Assembly (NCBI GenBank): GCA_009602725.1
Contig: WELB01000011.1
Coordinates: 728,652 to 767,784 of the forward strand
Source: Spirogloea muscicola
Lineage: Eukaryota
Reading direction: 5' to 3'
Length of the DNA: 39,133 nucleotides
In this document: in pieces, positions 1-13,109 of the stretch
How the letters are laid out: each line of letters opens with the position of its first letter
Position numbering within the stretch: the stretch's first letter is position 1
Notes under the pieces: model-generated
Told to the model about the DNA's origin: nothing
The model's database searches: none
Seen by the model: the letters and a program-made list of their open reading frames with translations, nothing else
Made by a program: the position numbers and the translations under genes

Positions 1-79
1 GAAGAGGAACTGCTTTTCCTCAGAAGGGTATTGGCCCAAAAAGGGGTGAATGAGCTCAAGCTAACGCAAAGGATTACCC

Positions 80-700
80 CAAAGAAGGGGGCTGTCTTTA
101 AAGGCCAGTCTTAAAAAGGAATGAACAAGGTCAGAAGGGGCCAAGAAGCGCAGAATCCCATTTATAGGCTGAGGCGCCAGTCAGGGTACGGCCAGCATGC
201 AGCTGGCAAGGCAATCTGCCAGAGGTCGCTGCAGCAAGATGTACTGATGCATATTATACATAAGCACCAGCGAGCTCACGGCACTCACTCCTGGCTGCTC
301 CTCATGCTGCCCTTGCCATCGAGACTCCGCTCGAGCGGCTGCAGGAGGTCCGTCAACCAAGAGCTGAACGCCCCATGAATTCGACTGCGAGTGTGACGAA
401 CTCATGCTCCTCGGGATAGCCAACGTCCTTCATTACCTTTTACCGGGCGGGAGAGCCACTTTTGGGGGTCAGCCAATTTTATTTCTTTCCTGGGCGGCAT
501 TAGCGACTACGTGCCGTGCCTTTAAAAGAGGATGCGGGCGTTTCAAGGAGAGTGTGTGGCTTGAGATGCTTAAAAGTTTTTACAGCTCATGCTACAACTT
601 GCTACGCCCAAAGTGCTGGCCAATGCCATGACACCGTGCACGGCTACCTGCAGTCATGCATGGTAGTCCTGTCATCGCCAGCCCTGGCGCTGTGCACTTG
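80..700 (-). mobile_element. Degenerate 3' part of an RLE-type (CRE/NeSL-like) non-LTR retrotransposon
   Basis: The minus strand, across frameshifts, reads HVVANAAQERNK (~520-480), YPEEHEFVTLAVEFMGR (418-368), LTDLLQPLER, SAVSSLVLMYNMHQYILLQRPLA and QLHAGRTLTGAS. A 3'UTR follows (cttggccccttctgaccttgttcattcctttt plus a decayed hairpin gactggcctttaaagacagccc, ~145-88) that matches the repeats elsewhere in the window. A zinc-knuckle/RHD-like peptide lies inverted at ~550-660. Confidence 0.65.
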
Positions 701-1133
701 AAGTGTTTGTAAGCTGACGTGATGGTGTCTCCTTCTGCAATTTAGTGGCTTCCCATGCAGACAACTATTGCATAAAACCCAGGCATCTCCCTCTTTATGA
801 GGCCTGGATTAAATACATGACAAATATGAGCAGCTTCTAACATACAAAGACAAAAGGTGAGCACTTCTAACAAACGTAAAAATAAGCAAGAACCCAGTTG
901 ATCTGCCTTTTGCTAGGTCAAGCTTCTCCAAGTGCTCAGGTGGTGGAAAGTTGCGCACGGGAGTAACTCCCCTGGTTCTTACTTCTACCTCTGCCTCTGT
1001 GTCCCATAAAAGATAACTGAGAACGGCTAAGCATAAGCCGGAAAGCTATCTGCAACATGGACGCCTACCGCAATACAGACCAAGGGCAAGCGTGGTGGAG
1101 CCATGCAGGGTGGAGAAAGGCGAAGCATTTTCG

Positions 1134-4100
1134 TCAAGATTCCGCTGCTTGCGTGCTTGTGCTGCCGAGGAGCCGGAGATTGCGATCCTTGGTTGCCACG
1201 GCTAAGTAGCTCGCATTTGGTCCAAACTTTATAGCAGTCACCACCCCTGGAGAAAGCCAGAGACACATCAGTAACCAGCCCTAGACGAAAGCCAGGGAGC
1301 AGCCAAAACAATGTTTGTAGCCAACCTTCTGATGCAAGTGGTAACAGACAGCACATGAGACAAAAGTGCAAAAGGTGCAACAAGGAACCCATATAGCAAT
1401 GCTCCATGGGCTCTGCTACCAGCTCTGCTACGTGACAAAAGAAGTGGCAGACACAATTTGCACTTGAGTGATTCCAATGATGAACAAGTACATGCGGCTG
1501 CCAGCTCCTACAGGTACTAGTCTATTCTCTACATCCACTGAACCCGCAAGCCTCAACTCAAGAGTCAATGCAGAATTGCACACCTGTTCCTGATAAGTCA
1601 GGAATAGTTTTTATGACATTCCATTCCTGTTTGACAGTACCCACTTGGTAGATCCTGCAATGAGCAATGGTGATGAAGAGCTTCAGGCATTTGAAGTTGA
1701 CAGACTCAATCAAAGTGTATCCTCGGAAACTTCTCGATCGGTTACAGACTCCAAAGCTACCAGTACCTTATGTCGGCACCAGCTATAGCAAGGTAACTGC
1801 CACTGTGGTCGAATGCAACTGCACAAGCAACATCCAAATCATAAAAGTATGAGACAGCCAATTACATTCTTCAAGGCCTACGTCTTCTGTACAAGACTTG
1901 TGGTTTGTGTCTTCATAGCAAGCCGTGCGTCTCTCTACAGTTTAGTGTTCAGAATATCACTTGCACTAAGATGAAAGCAATCAGACTTGAAACAAGCAAT
2001 GATCTTTGTTAGGCTGCTCACCTGCATTGGTTGGTGTGTTAGCGTCGTATGGAGCAAATGAGCGGAAATTACGGAGTTTTCGCAAGTCCCACAACTTGAC
2101 CCCATCCATGGCAGCAGTCTGCCAATAACAAGCGTGATAATCCAAGTAATTGTCACTGAAGGTTTTATTGCAATCCAGGTGTATCGAATTTTGTTAATCT
2201 TATACTTGCTTGACATAAGGCCAAGAATCTTGTTCACATCCAGGAAAACTGGAAGCATCTGAAGAGAAATATATAGATCTGACATCCCGGCCAGAACGCT
2301 TACCGCCAGGAAGTAGCCATTCTCAGAGAACGACATGCCTGTCACGGGACCCGAGTGGCCCTCAAACTTGGCAAGATGCTCCTGCACACAGTGAAGCTAT
2401 GCGTGAGGGACATATTGGCCATATGTGATGAGGAAGGTCACTGGATGGTGCAACCACAAACCCAACACAAATTTTCATTGCTTCCCCAAAAGTAGCAGGA
2501 GACAGCGAACCTGGTTCTTAACGTCCCAGATGCGAACAGCAGATTCAGCGGTGCCCGTGCCCAGTATAAGGCCATCAGGGTGGAATGCTGCCACAGTGTA
2601 TGCATCCTCCACTGACGGGTCCATGACCTGCAGATTCATGAATGTCAACTCTTGCATCCGAAGCAGGACAAAGAGGTGTACAAGCATGCAGTCATCCCTC
2701 CAATTTCCTGTATACATCAGAACCTCCTTACCTGATCTACATGAGATAAGAGGATGCTTAGAAGCATGCACGGAGGTGCGAAGCTCAGAGAAAACGTTGA
2801 CAGCGTGCTTTACAAGTAGACGAATACCTGTGTCAGGCACTGGCCGCTTTGCACGTCATAGAAGCACCAAGACCGATCCGCAGAGACGCTGACAAAGTAA
2901 TCGTTGGTGGCATGGACAGTGCAGGATTTGACCTGGACCAACAGGAAGAGGTGGGCTTTCAGCCAGGCAAGTGGAGCAGGGCTCATCCTTGCCACAAATC
3001 CAAACCTACTGCACTGCTACATGCTTGACTCAATGCACTGTACTGCAAGCAAATTTACCTCTGCTGTGTGCTCAGTCAAGACGTGCTTGCACTCATAGGC
3101 ACCCTCATCACCCTCTTTCCAGATGCGGACCGTCTGCAAGAACTCAAGGTGAGCAGCTCTAAGTGCAGCCAGGCACGAAACTTCAAAGAACAAACTACAG
3201 CACTTCCGTAATTACTTACAACTTGCAAACTGCACCGACTTCTCGGCACTAGACAGTCAGGCTGGCTCTCACCTTATCTGCTGAGGCTGTAAGAAGGTAT
3301 TCTTTCTCTGGTACGAATCTGACACTCGTGACCTGTCATGTCAACAGACAAGCATGAGCTCCTGCAACATTGTCAGACCAAGCTTGAAATCCAGCTGGTG
3401 CAGACATTTGAAGTCCCTGTGACAAGCATGTCTCTCAGAAGGGACTATCAACTGAGAATGGTCACCCGCTTCGTGTGTCCTGCCAGAGAGGCCTTGATCT
3501 CCCCTGATGCTCTGTCAAAGACGACCGCAGAGCTGTCGATCCCGCCTGTGAGGATAAGGTCCTTGCTGGCGTCGATGTCCAGCGAGAGGATGCCCGGCTT
3601 GTTCGTCTTGTGCAGCGGGTGACTCGAGAGCTGGGTGAACGCCTCCAGAGCTTCTGGAGCTGCCAAGGTGGCAGGTATCTGCCAAGAAAAGCAAGGGGCT
3701 TTGCTCAGCTAGCTACTTACTGATGTTACTCATAACACATATATTGCTTCTTATTACTACTTCACAGACTTACATTCTACTTATATCCAGGGTGTCACAA
3801 GCAAGGACAGCAGGTCAAGCAGAACAGCTAGACGAGCTAGTCACCTGCCGCTTCTTCCGCGCACTGGACAAACGAGCATTGCAGTCTGTCAATGCAGCTA
3901 TGATCTCCTCTGTAATGCCACCCTGTGGCTTTTTGGCAGCTACATCTCCATCTCGCATCACCTCATCGTCCACCTCTGCCAGCCACAAGAAAGTTGACGA
4001 GGCTGAGAAGTGAGGATCAAATTCAAGATCTACTTATTCTTGACAATGAAGCTCCAAGTTTGCAGGCCATTCTGTCCATGACTTGCTTAAGCACAGGTCC

Positions 4101-6101
4101 TGCTGCAACCTTAGGTACAAACCTCGCTTCCCATTTGCTGCAATCATTGGGACAGGCTGAGCATCGAAGGCAATATGCGCATTTGCCGACAGCAGCGCCC
4201 GGGCTTCGTCCCTTTCCTTCTTCAATCGGGCAATCACACGGCATGCCGCATCATGCTGGACAACAAGCAGTGCACATCTGAGGTAAGCCGAGTCAAAGAC
4301 TACCTTAGCATAAACGAGACTATGCCTTGAACAGTAAGATCCGGACAGTCAATGGAGGCCAGGGTATAACAAAAACGGTCTTGTCTTTCAAGCGATAGAG
4401 CTTGATATACGTGCCTGATAGAGCGCATGCGAGAGCTCTTGCCGGACTGTGTGCAGCTGCTGCTCCAGAGCGTAGCTTCCAAGGACGTGTGAATCCCACT
4501 CCTGTCCAAGACAGAGATGCAAGCTGGCCAATGAGATAGTTGTAGGAATGTCATTGTATGCAACTTCATTATTCAAGGCGAGCTGGTCACAGCAAGCATT
4601 TTCACCATACAGCAGTGTGAATCGTCCATTGGCAGACCTTGTCTGTGACTTGTAATCATGCTGCTCAAGACTATCCTAAACATGACTTTCTCAGAACATC
4701 AACCATTGGCATTTACCTGGACGCAACCACTGGTTCTGCCTGCAGACCGACATAAGCCTCAACAGGGTGGTTGATTGGCACTCACATTCTGGAAAATGTG
4801 TAGCATGCCTGGGATGCTGGCTGCTTGCAAGGGCCGAGGCTGTACAGCCTGCAGGGATTAGGGTGTCAAGTGCAATAGAAACTCAGGGAGTAGAGCGCTT
4901 AAGTGCACATAGAGGCTAAGTGCCACCGCTCAGCACACAATCATCCAGTCAGTGGGCCGTTGCGATTTGTCCAATGTATATTAGTAAAGGAGAAGCAAAA
5001 GACTGCATCATGAGCTGCCAGCCCAGCAAGCAAGACGCGCTGCACAGTCTGTCCTGCGATTGATTTTCTCAATCATGCCCTTGCTTTCCATTCTGAGCAT
5101 ACAAGAGCGAGGGCGGAATTGGTTCCAGCCAGTGTGAGGTCAGTCTGAGTGACTCGATATGGCGTCTGCGTGCGCACCTTGTTGGACTTGATGGGCAGCA
5201 GGTCATCTTCCGCCAAGGGCTCTCCAGTGACCGGGTCCGAGCCATGCTCCTGCCCGCCCCAAACGTGCACAGTGCGTGAGCGAGGAGGGGATGCCAGACC
5301 AGGGATACCCCAACACCAGGAGGACACGAGAACAAGTGCCATGTCTGCAGAGCTCCTGAGCTGAGCCCGTCCCTAAGGGCCTAAACCCTTATCTCTGTCA
5401 GCTCTTGCAAATGGCACGGACTTGATGCATGGTGGTCACGTCCACCACGATCAACCTACGCCCCTCCCCCCGCCCCCTTTCTCTCACTGGCAGCCACAGT
5501 GCTCACTGCGATGTACTGCTGCACGAGCCGCTTCTCGAAGAGCAGGCCCGACTTCTTCGACACCACGGGGTCCTCCGGAGAGACGCCGGAAACTGCGCAA
5601 GCGGCAGTGAGCACACAAGGAGTGGCTCAGCACGAGGCCCAACGAGGTCGCGAGACAAGCGGCAGGCTGGTCACACATGCGCTACCCTGCGTCTCAGAAC
5701 GCTGGAGGCCGTCTGTTGCGGAGCTTCTAGCAGCTTCTGCGCATAGTCATCCCAGCAGGATGTCTGAGGCCATGTAGCAAGTGCCAAGTAGCAATCTGAG
5801 AGCCCTGCAGCAAGCAGGGCGCACAATATGGCAGGCCGCCGGCCATGGCGACACGGCGTAGCGCTAGTGGATCGTGGCTTCTGACTGAGTGTGGCAGCAC
5901 CCATGCACAGCTGGTGCGCTTGACAGCGGTACTAGGAGTGGCGCAGCAAGCATCATAGCCGTCGGCCGTCCTGCTGTGGCCGGAAGCTGGCGCAAGGCTC
6001 GCAGGAAAGCAAGACAGGGTTCTCAAGCGGAGTGCAGGGCACTAGACGGTCATGGCGGACGGGCACGCCATCGGCTCCTGTTGCTTACTCGCGCAGAACA
6101 T
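1134..6101 (-). CDS. PRP19: Pre-mRNA-processing factor 19 (U-box / coiled-coil / WD40), 17 exons
   Basis: A 13-nt first exon ATGTTCTGCGCGA|gtaag (6101-6089) is followed by [23 protein letters not shown] (U-box), [57 protein letters not shown] and WD40 repeats ([20 protein letters not shown]). It ends [24 protein letters not shown] with TGA at 1136-1134. Splice sites are consistent; one donor is GC. Confidence 0.96.
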
Positions 6102-6779
6102 TGCGGCGGCGTCGGCCGCCTCGCAGCGACGACTGTGGCCGGGCCGGGGGTGCTGCCCGGCGGAGCCACTGCCTCAGGGCGCCGCCATCGGCCGTCGCCG
6201 CAGATGCAGGGGCGGTCCTCCCGGCGTCGGCGCAGCGACCGGCGCAGCTTTCCGCGGCGGCGGCGGCGGCGGCTGCTGCAGCGGCGGCGGCGTTCGCGGC
6301 GGACGACGCGCCAAAACCCCCGCGCTCTGAGCAGTGGGGACTGCGGGAACAATGCCCTAAACCTTCGCTAACGGCACGGCGTGTAAGCTGCCGCCGTCAG
6401 GCGCCGGCACCGCCTGACCGGGGCCGCGACCGTCAAGGGCCGGGCCGGGCCGGGCCGGCCCGGGGCGGGCACGCTTTTCGGTGCGGGAAGCCGCCCGCCC
6501 GCGGGATCGTCCGTCCGGACGGTCCCGACGTCGGGCGCCCGCATCACGCCACGGCCAGCACTGCGGTACTCCCGAGCGTCCGGGCTCTGGCCACCGGGGC
6601 GGCATTCGCTCACCGATTGGGGTGGTGAATCCCGGCGTTCCGTCGGCGTTCTGGTCCGGGCCCGAAGGCCGACCATAGGGCGGCAACTCGCCTTCTGGCT
6701 CCCGGAAGTGCGTACCTCGGGTCAGGGATCAGAGGAGACCCCCCGCGGGCAATGGCGCGCCCCAGCGCCGCGCGCGGAC

Positions 6780-6807
6780 GCCGCCGCCGCCGCCGCCGCC
6801 GCCGCCG
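6780..6807 (+). repeat. (GCC)n microsatellite in the kinase 5' leader
   Basis: About 9 tandem GCC units, read directly. Confidence 0.9.
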
Positions 6808-6896
6808 TTCCTCGCCTACCGCCCCGGGGCCGCTCGCAGACGCCGCTCGCGCGCGGCCGCCGTGAGTTCATCTGGCGCCGCGGAGGCCGGCTCCAG

Positions 6897-9800
6897 ATGA
6901 GGAGCCTCTTCCGGCGGCTGCACCTGGCCAGCGCTGCGGACGACGGCGCCTGCTCCTCCGGCGCCTCGGACGCGTCGCAGTCCCCGCCCAGGAGCAGGGA
7001 CGCCTCGCCGTCCCCCAGGGGCAGCCCCCACTGGAAGCTGCCGGCGGGGGCTGCCGAGGCCTCCTCCTCCTCTGGCGCTCTCGTGCCGGACGTCGACCTC
7101 GACACCGACATGTGCAGCGGCAGGCCACCCGCCGCTCAAGCGGACGCGCGGGAAAGCAAAGCGGACGCGCGGGAAGCCAACGGCCTGTGTCAAACTGTTA
7201 GACACTCCGGTGGTCGCGCTGACCAGGAAGTCAATGAGGAAGGCACTGAGGCTGTCAGTGACTTCAGCAGCGGAGGGCTGCAGCGACAAACACCGGGCAT
7301 TGATGACAGCCGTCGGGGTTCTGGCCCAGGCAGACCTGCCGACTCGGACGACACGTCAGACTTGTCCATGGCTGTCAACCTGGCCAGGCAGAGGGACTTG
7401 GAGGAGGAGCATTTCCAACTGCAGGTAAGGCATCGTTGCCACTGACAGTCTTTCCCACAGATGCTGGCTCAGCTCTGGCCAACCGGCCTACACCGTTCCT
7501 CCGTCTCGTTGTGCAAAGAGGAGGCTTCAAGAAGAGGATAATTCTGGGGATCTGTTGCTGCTGGGCTGGAAATTGTTGTGGTGGCTCGATCCAATTTCGC
7601 ACAAATTCTTATGAACAGGACAACACTGAAAGATGCTTGCGACCACTTGCAGCTTGCCATGGCCATCAGTGCGTCGAATTTGGTTCTAAGCCAGGAGTCC
7701 TGGGAGTCGTTGGAGGTGGAAGCTGCAAAGAGGGCGTCTCTGGGCTTTGAGGATGCTGTGCAAGCAGATTCAGCGGTGGATTCGTCCAACAGATACTGGG
7801 TATGTGGCCTTTGATGAACAGCCAAGTGGGTCGCCGTTAGTAGCTCTGGCGGAGTCGCCGTAGACTAGATTCTGATGAGCTGCATGGCTGCATGCCATGT
7901 CTGTTGAAGCTTGTTGAACACACCCTGTGTCAACACACTGTTTGCCTTAGCTCGGGTGGAGACTAACTTGCACTCTTGCATTGCTGCACAGGTGCACAAG
8001 GTCCTCAACAGCAACGACCGTGTAGTTGACGGCTTTTACGTCATCTGGGGCATCTCGCCATACGGCAATGCCGTCGGCCGAATGCCATCTTTGGCCGAGC
8101 TGCAGTCCCTACCACTAAGCTCTACAATTACCATTGAAATTGTCCTTGTTAACAGGCTCACCGACCCCGACCTGGCGAACCTGGAGGCCGCAGCCTCTGT
8201 TCTGGCTGCAAATGCTTGCAAGAGGGCACAAGTGGGCAGCCAGGGTGGCCATTCCACAAGGGGCAGGATAGCTGAGCAGTTGGCTATCTGCGTAGCAGGC
8301 CATCTGGGAGGGGCGGCAGTGGCCGATAGCGACCTGCTGCCATCATGGCAAGCAAGCAGCTGGGAGCTCAAGTGCCGCCGGCGCACCCTAATTCTTCCTC
8401 TTGGTGCCCTGCGAATGGGGCTTGTAAGGCATAGGGCATTGCTTTTCAAGGTGCGGCTTTAGCCTGATGAGGCTTGTAAGTGTTGATGATTTGCTCTTGC
8501 GTGGCTGTCTGTCAAGCAAGCCTGGAGCATTCTAACTCTTCTTCAATGAAGCGCACTGACAGTATTAGACAGAGATTTATATGAATCTGTAACGAGTAGC
8601 TGACTGTTGTCTTGACTCATGACCATCAACCTTTGATGAAAAGTGACCTTCTCCTCGACAGGTGCTGGCTGACAGAGTAGGGCTCCCTTGTCGCCTATTG
8701 CGCGGGCGAGTTTACACTGGCGCTGATGAGGGGGCTGTTAACCTCATCTTGGACGAGGACAACAAGGAGTACTTCATAGACGTCATGGCAGCACCAGGCG
8801 CTCTCATACCCGTGGAGTTGACCAACCTCCACATACCTCCTGCATCGCCCCTGCTCGCTGATATGAAGAATGATAACAACACCCATCAAGTTCGCAGCAG
8901 TAGCAGGGAATCTAGTTCAACAGTTGCTGGGCAACCCGCTGGACCCTCCCTTGTTGATGCGGCCTTGGGTAGGCCCCACCAAGTGTCAAACGATTTCCCA
9001 GTCCAAGCTCCAAGCAAAGCAGGCGGTCATGAGCAGCGACAAGATGCTGGAGCCGTAGCTGCGGCTGTGGAGAGCCCTGGGATCTCAGGACAGAGGACGC
9101 ACATGGAACTGGAAGAGCTGCCAGGTACATCTGGGCCAGAGGATGCTCATGCTGGGGGCTCACTGGACCTGGGACGGGCCTACAGGGGCCACGAGAAGGC
9201 GTGCCCGCTGAGCCCCACCCCCTTCCAGAGAAGGCATGACCCAAATGGACAGTCACAGAAGCAAATGGCTGCTCTCCGCGAGAAATCGATCCAGTTGCAA
9301 GAAAGAGAGGTGAGCTTTGCAAACCAAGTGCGTGCTTTGTGTCTCCTTCAGTCAAGTTGCATTGTCCCTCAGAGTGGATAGGCCTTGCCATTGCATCCTT
9401 CCATGGCATTGCATTTTAGCATAGCACAGCTTGGCTGCTTGGTTGCTCTGACAGTGTCAACAAGGCTTAGCTGATACACTTTCGCAATGTCTTTCTGCCC
9501 TGCGGGCTTCCCAGCTGTTGCCTGTGCCTGCCGCATCCACCTCTTGCATGAAGTATATTGACCTCAACGCTCAGACTGCGGATGCACGAACACAACAGGA
9601 GCCTGAAGCCACTGCTTCCCAAGGGCCTGGCAGTACGAAAGACCCCCTGGCTGCAATCTGGCGCGTCGAGAATGTAGCGGGGACGAGTGACGTGCACCGT
9701 GGGGAAGTACAGGAGGTTGCTTTGGAGGGGCCTGGCAAGCTTGCAGCATCGGAGATACCTGTCTCACCGCGCTTGCGAGACAGAAAGCTTGATCCAGTTG

Positions 9801-12800
9801 CTGGACTCGGAAGTGCTCACCCCTTGGAGACGACACCACTGAGCGTGGCTTCCAATGGCTCCTCTGTCGCCTTGTCAAGCTTCACCAACAGCATTGCAAC
9901 CTCCACCCTGTCGAACCTGCCGGTGTCCGCAGCGGCTGTCGCTGCCACAGCTGCCATGGTAGCCTCCTCTATGGTAGCTGCGGCCCACAATGCAGACATT
10001 ACCTCTCTTCAGGTTCCGATCACTGCAGCTGCCATGTCGACGGCTGTACATGTGGCGGGGGAGCTCTCCCGCCAGGCTTCGGAGTTGAGCAACGCCTCTG
10101 ACAGAAGAGTCTCAAATGAGAATCTTTTGTTTGGCAACGATCAGAATGCACTCAGGCTGAGGTCCCTAGCCCCGTCAGACGGCAGCGCCAAGCTGCCACT
10201 TAGCCGCCTGGGATCAGCTGCCGAGGTCAGAGGAGCAGAGCTGGAAGCCATGCACGTCCGCGACGTGGAGGAGACTATGAAGTTAGATGATTTGAGGAAT
10301 AGCAAGGAGCTGCAGGATGACATGCAGCATGCTTCATCAGAGAGGAACTTTCAGAGGATGCTGAAAGAGACCGAGGAGTGGGAGATCCCTTGGGAGGACA
10401 TCATCATTGGCGATAGGATAGGACTAGGTAAGCACACCATGTTCTGCAGTAGCTCAGTGTGCTGCATTGGCAGATAGGCTATCGGCCTTAGCTTCTGACT
10501 AAATCGACTGTGCTTGATAGGTCCTGGTGACTTCTCTGACTAGTTTGCAGGTCTTGTACCTCCGGCAGGTAGTCTTGCTCTTTGTATACATTCATTCGAA
10601 GAATTTCTCATTTTTAAGGCAGGTGCAACATGTTGGATGTATGCTGTCTGATGCTTGTTTGCACTTTGAGCAGGCTCATATGGCGAAGTGTACCGCGGCG
10701 ATTGGCATGGATCGGTGGGTGACGGTGTATGCTTTGCATATCATTAGCTGCTAGACAGTTAATATGCTTCCATGCTGGGATTGGCTTGTACTACCCTCCC
10801 TCCTTCCCTCCCTCCCTCCCTCCCNCTCCCTCCCTCTGTTATCAGCTCAGGGGCTCATCCCAAAACTCACGTATATGTGCTTGCACTTCATGCTCCTTGT
10901 ACAGGAAGTGGCTGTGAAGAAGTTTCTGGAGCAGGATGTGCAGGGTGCAGCCTTGGAGGAATTCCGTGGCGAGGTGCTCTAGTTGGGCCCTACCTTTATT
11001 TAGACCGCGTCACGCTGTCTATGAGAATGCAAGCTCCTTCATGTCAATCCCCCTGGATTCAGCAGCGCAAGTGGAAGCTCAATTATGGACTGACCTATAC
11101 CATATCTATTACAGGTCGCCATTATGAAGCGTTTGCGGCACCCGAATGTGGTTCTTTTCATGGGTGCAGTCACGCGCCCTCCGCACCTTTCCATCGTGAC
11201 GGAGTTTCTTCCAAGGTCAGTGCAAGAAGTTATGCTTAGCATTGAAGATCTTATTACCAAGCTACTGTGCACAAGCACCCTGCCAAAAGCTTGAGTCACA
11301 TTCCTTTGCAGAATTTGAGCCCACAGAGGCCAACAGCACCAAGCGAGCTTGTCACAGCCTGCTCCTGATTGAGAAGACCAGGGTCATGCCTCGTAGTCTT
11401 CATGGGACACTCAAGTACTGGGCGACTAATGTGCTCCGACCTGAGCTCGCTGCAGGGGGAGCCTGTACAGACTGCTACATAGACAACATGCCAATAGTAC
11501 CATTGACATTGCTCGAAGGCTTCGTATGGCACTTGATGTGGTGAGTTTTGGCAGCTTGTCAGTCTGTATGCGGAGCTTGGCACAGTGACATAGGCAAGTT
11601 GGGCATGTATTTTTAGCTACAATCACCGTCATGTTGAGTCTAGCCTTTAGCTTCACAATGGAGCAAGGTGGGTCTCTTTTCCTTGCAAATACTAAGTTGG
11701 CCCTGCTTTGGTCCCACTTTGCCCAGGCCAAAGGTATGAACTACCTCCACAGCAGCAATCCTCCCATTGTCCACCGTGATTTGAAATCGCCCAACCTTCT
11801 TGTTGACAAGAATTGGGTTGTCAAGGTAAGAAATTGCTTGACTACATGCATTTGTGCAACTTTCTATAGCCTCCAGCATTGCAATCACAGCAGTCTCTAC
11901 CGTAGGTAGGGCAATGTTTCCCTTACCTTGTTTTCTCCCCTTACTCGTGTACAATGGGTAACACTCCTTGTTACATTCTTGTCAATTATTGTCTTGTGGA
12001 GCTTTTGCTTGACAATGCTTCCTTGTGCAGGTGTGTGACTTTGGGCTTTCCAAGATAAAGAATCACACTTTTCTTACTTCAAAGTCAACTGCTGGCACAG
12101 TGAGTTACTATTAAGTTAGTAGGCTCTACCAGCAGCAGACACTCGAAAACTTCATTGTTGGCCAGGTTTTGCTGTACACTTCAGAGGAAATTGGTCAAGG
12201 AGACCGCTTAGGTCAAGTAAACCGCATATGAGGTGCACAAATTTCTGCTTCATTGCCTCTTTCGAATTACTGATTGACCTGCTTGCCTGTGGTTGCAGCC
12301 GGAGTGGATGGCTCCAGAAGTGCTCCGCAACGAACCCTCCAATGAGAAGTGCGTAATGCATGACGTAACTCTTGTATATCTTCATCACTTTCAGCACTTT
12401 CTGCAGTTTATAATGTTTAGTTTCTGTGATCATCACAACGACAGGGATGATAGAAGGGGTTGAGCTGCTTTGTGCATGCGGCCTACTTTGGTAAGGGTCA
12501 GGGTTGTACTCCTCATATGCAAAGTCTGTTACTAGTTGTATGTATCTATGTGAGTTTATGTATGTATACGGATACATATGTAAGATGATGCTTGATGCAT
12601 GATTTATCAGTGGTGTCATTTCGCCCTTCCTTTCCTGCATGTCGACCAGGTCCGACATCTTCAGCTTTGGAGTGATTCTTTGGGAGCTTGCCACATTGGA
12701 GAAACCATGGGGCCAGCTGAACCCCATGCAGGTCGTGGGTGCAGTTGGCTTCCAGCAGCGGACTCTCCCTCTACCGGATACTGTGGAGCCAGGCATTGCA

Positions 12801-13109
12801 GACATCATCAATGCCTGCTTCAAAATGTATTGGCACCGTACCCCTTATGGCCATCTTGTCATTTGTCCCCAGCATGAGGGTGGTGAAAGGAGAGGCAACT
12901 CTTCTTGCTGCCAAAAGAGCATGAAACCAGTGCAGTATTGCCATGCTTATTGGCCGCATGCCATCCTGCGTGCTCGCAGAGAAGCAAGCGAGCGCCCGTC
13001 GTTCACTGAGATAATGGCCCAGCTGAAACCCCTCCAGAGGCCTGTACCTTCCAGGAGCGCCGACTTGCAGGGGCAGCATCAGGGTTCTGCGAGAGGCCAC
13101 CCCTCTTGA
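6897..13109 (+). CDS. EDR1-like: B3 Raf-like MAPKKK of the EDR1/CTR1 family (EDR1-like), 14 exons
   Basis: The N-terminus is [10 protein letters not shown], followed by [16 protein letters not shown]. The EDR1 domain reads [57 protein letters not shown]. The kinase motifs are [57 protein letters not shown] and [13 protein letters not shown]. All introns are GT-AG; TGA is at 13107-13109. Confidence 0.93.
10795..10835 (+). repeat. (CCCT)n microsatellite in a kinase intron
   Basis: Tandem CCCT units including one N. Confidence 0.85.

Noticed and set aside
5371..6364. Telomeric or telo-box words (cctaaaccct at 5380, ccctaaacc at 6355)
   Set aside because: They are isolated imperfect single units with no array.
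5777..6896. Overlapping Arg/Ala/Pro-rich ORFs on both strands
   Set aside because: They arise from stop-poor GC-rich intron/UTR/promoter sequence; only the 13-nt PRP19 first exon is supported.
6897..13109. Calling the kinase CTR1
   Set aside because: The N-terminal [10 protein letters not shown] and [11 protein letters not shown] look more EDR1-like than CTR1-like; orthology needs a phylogeny.
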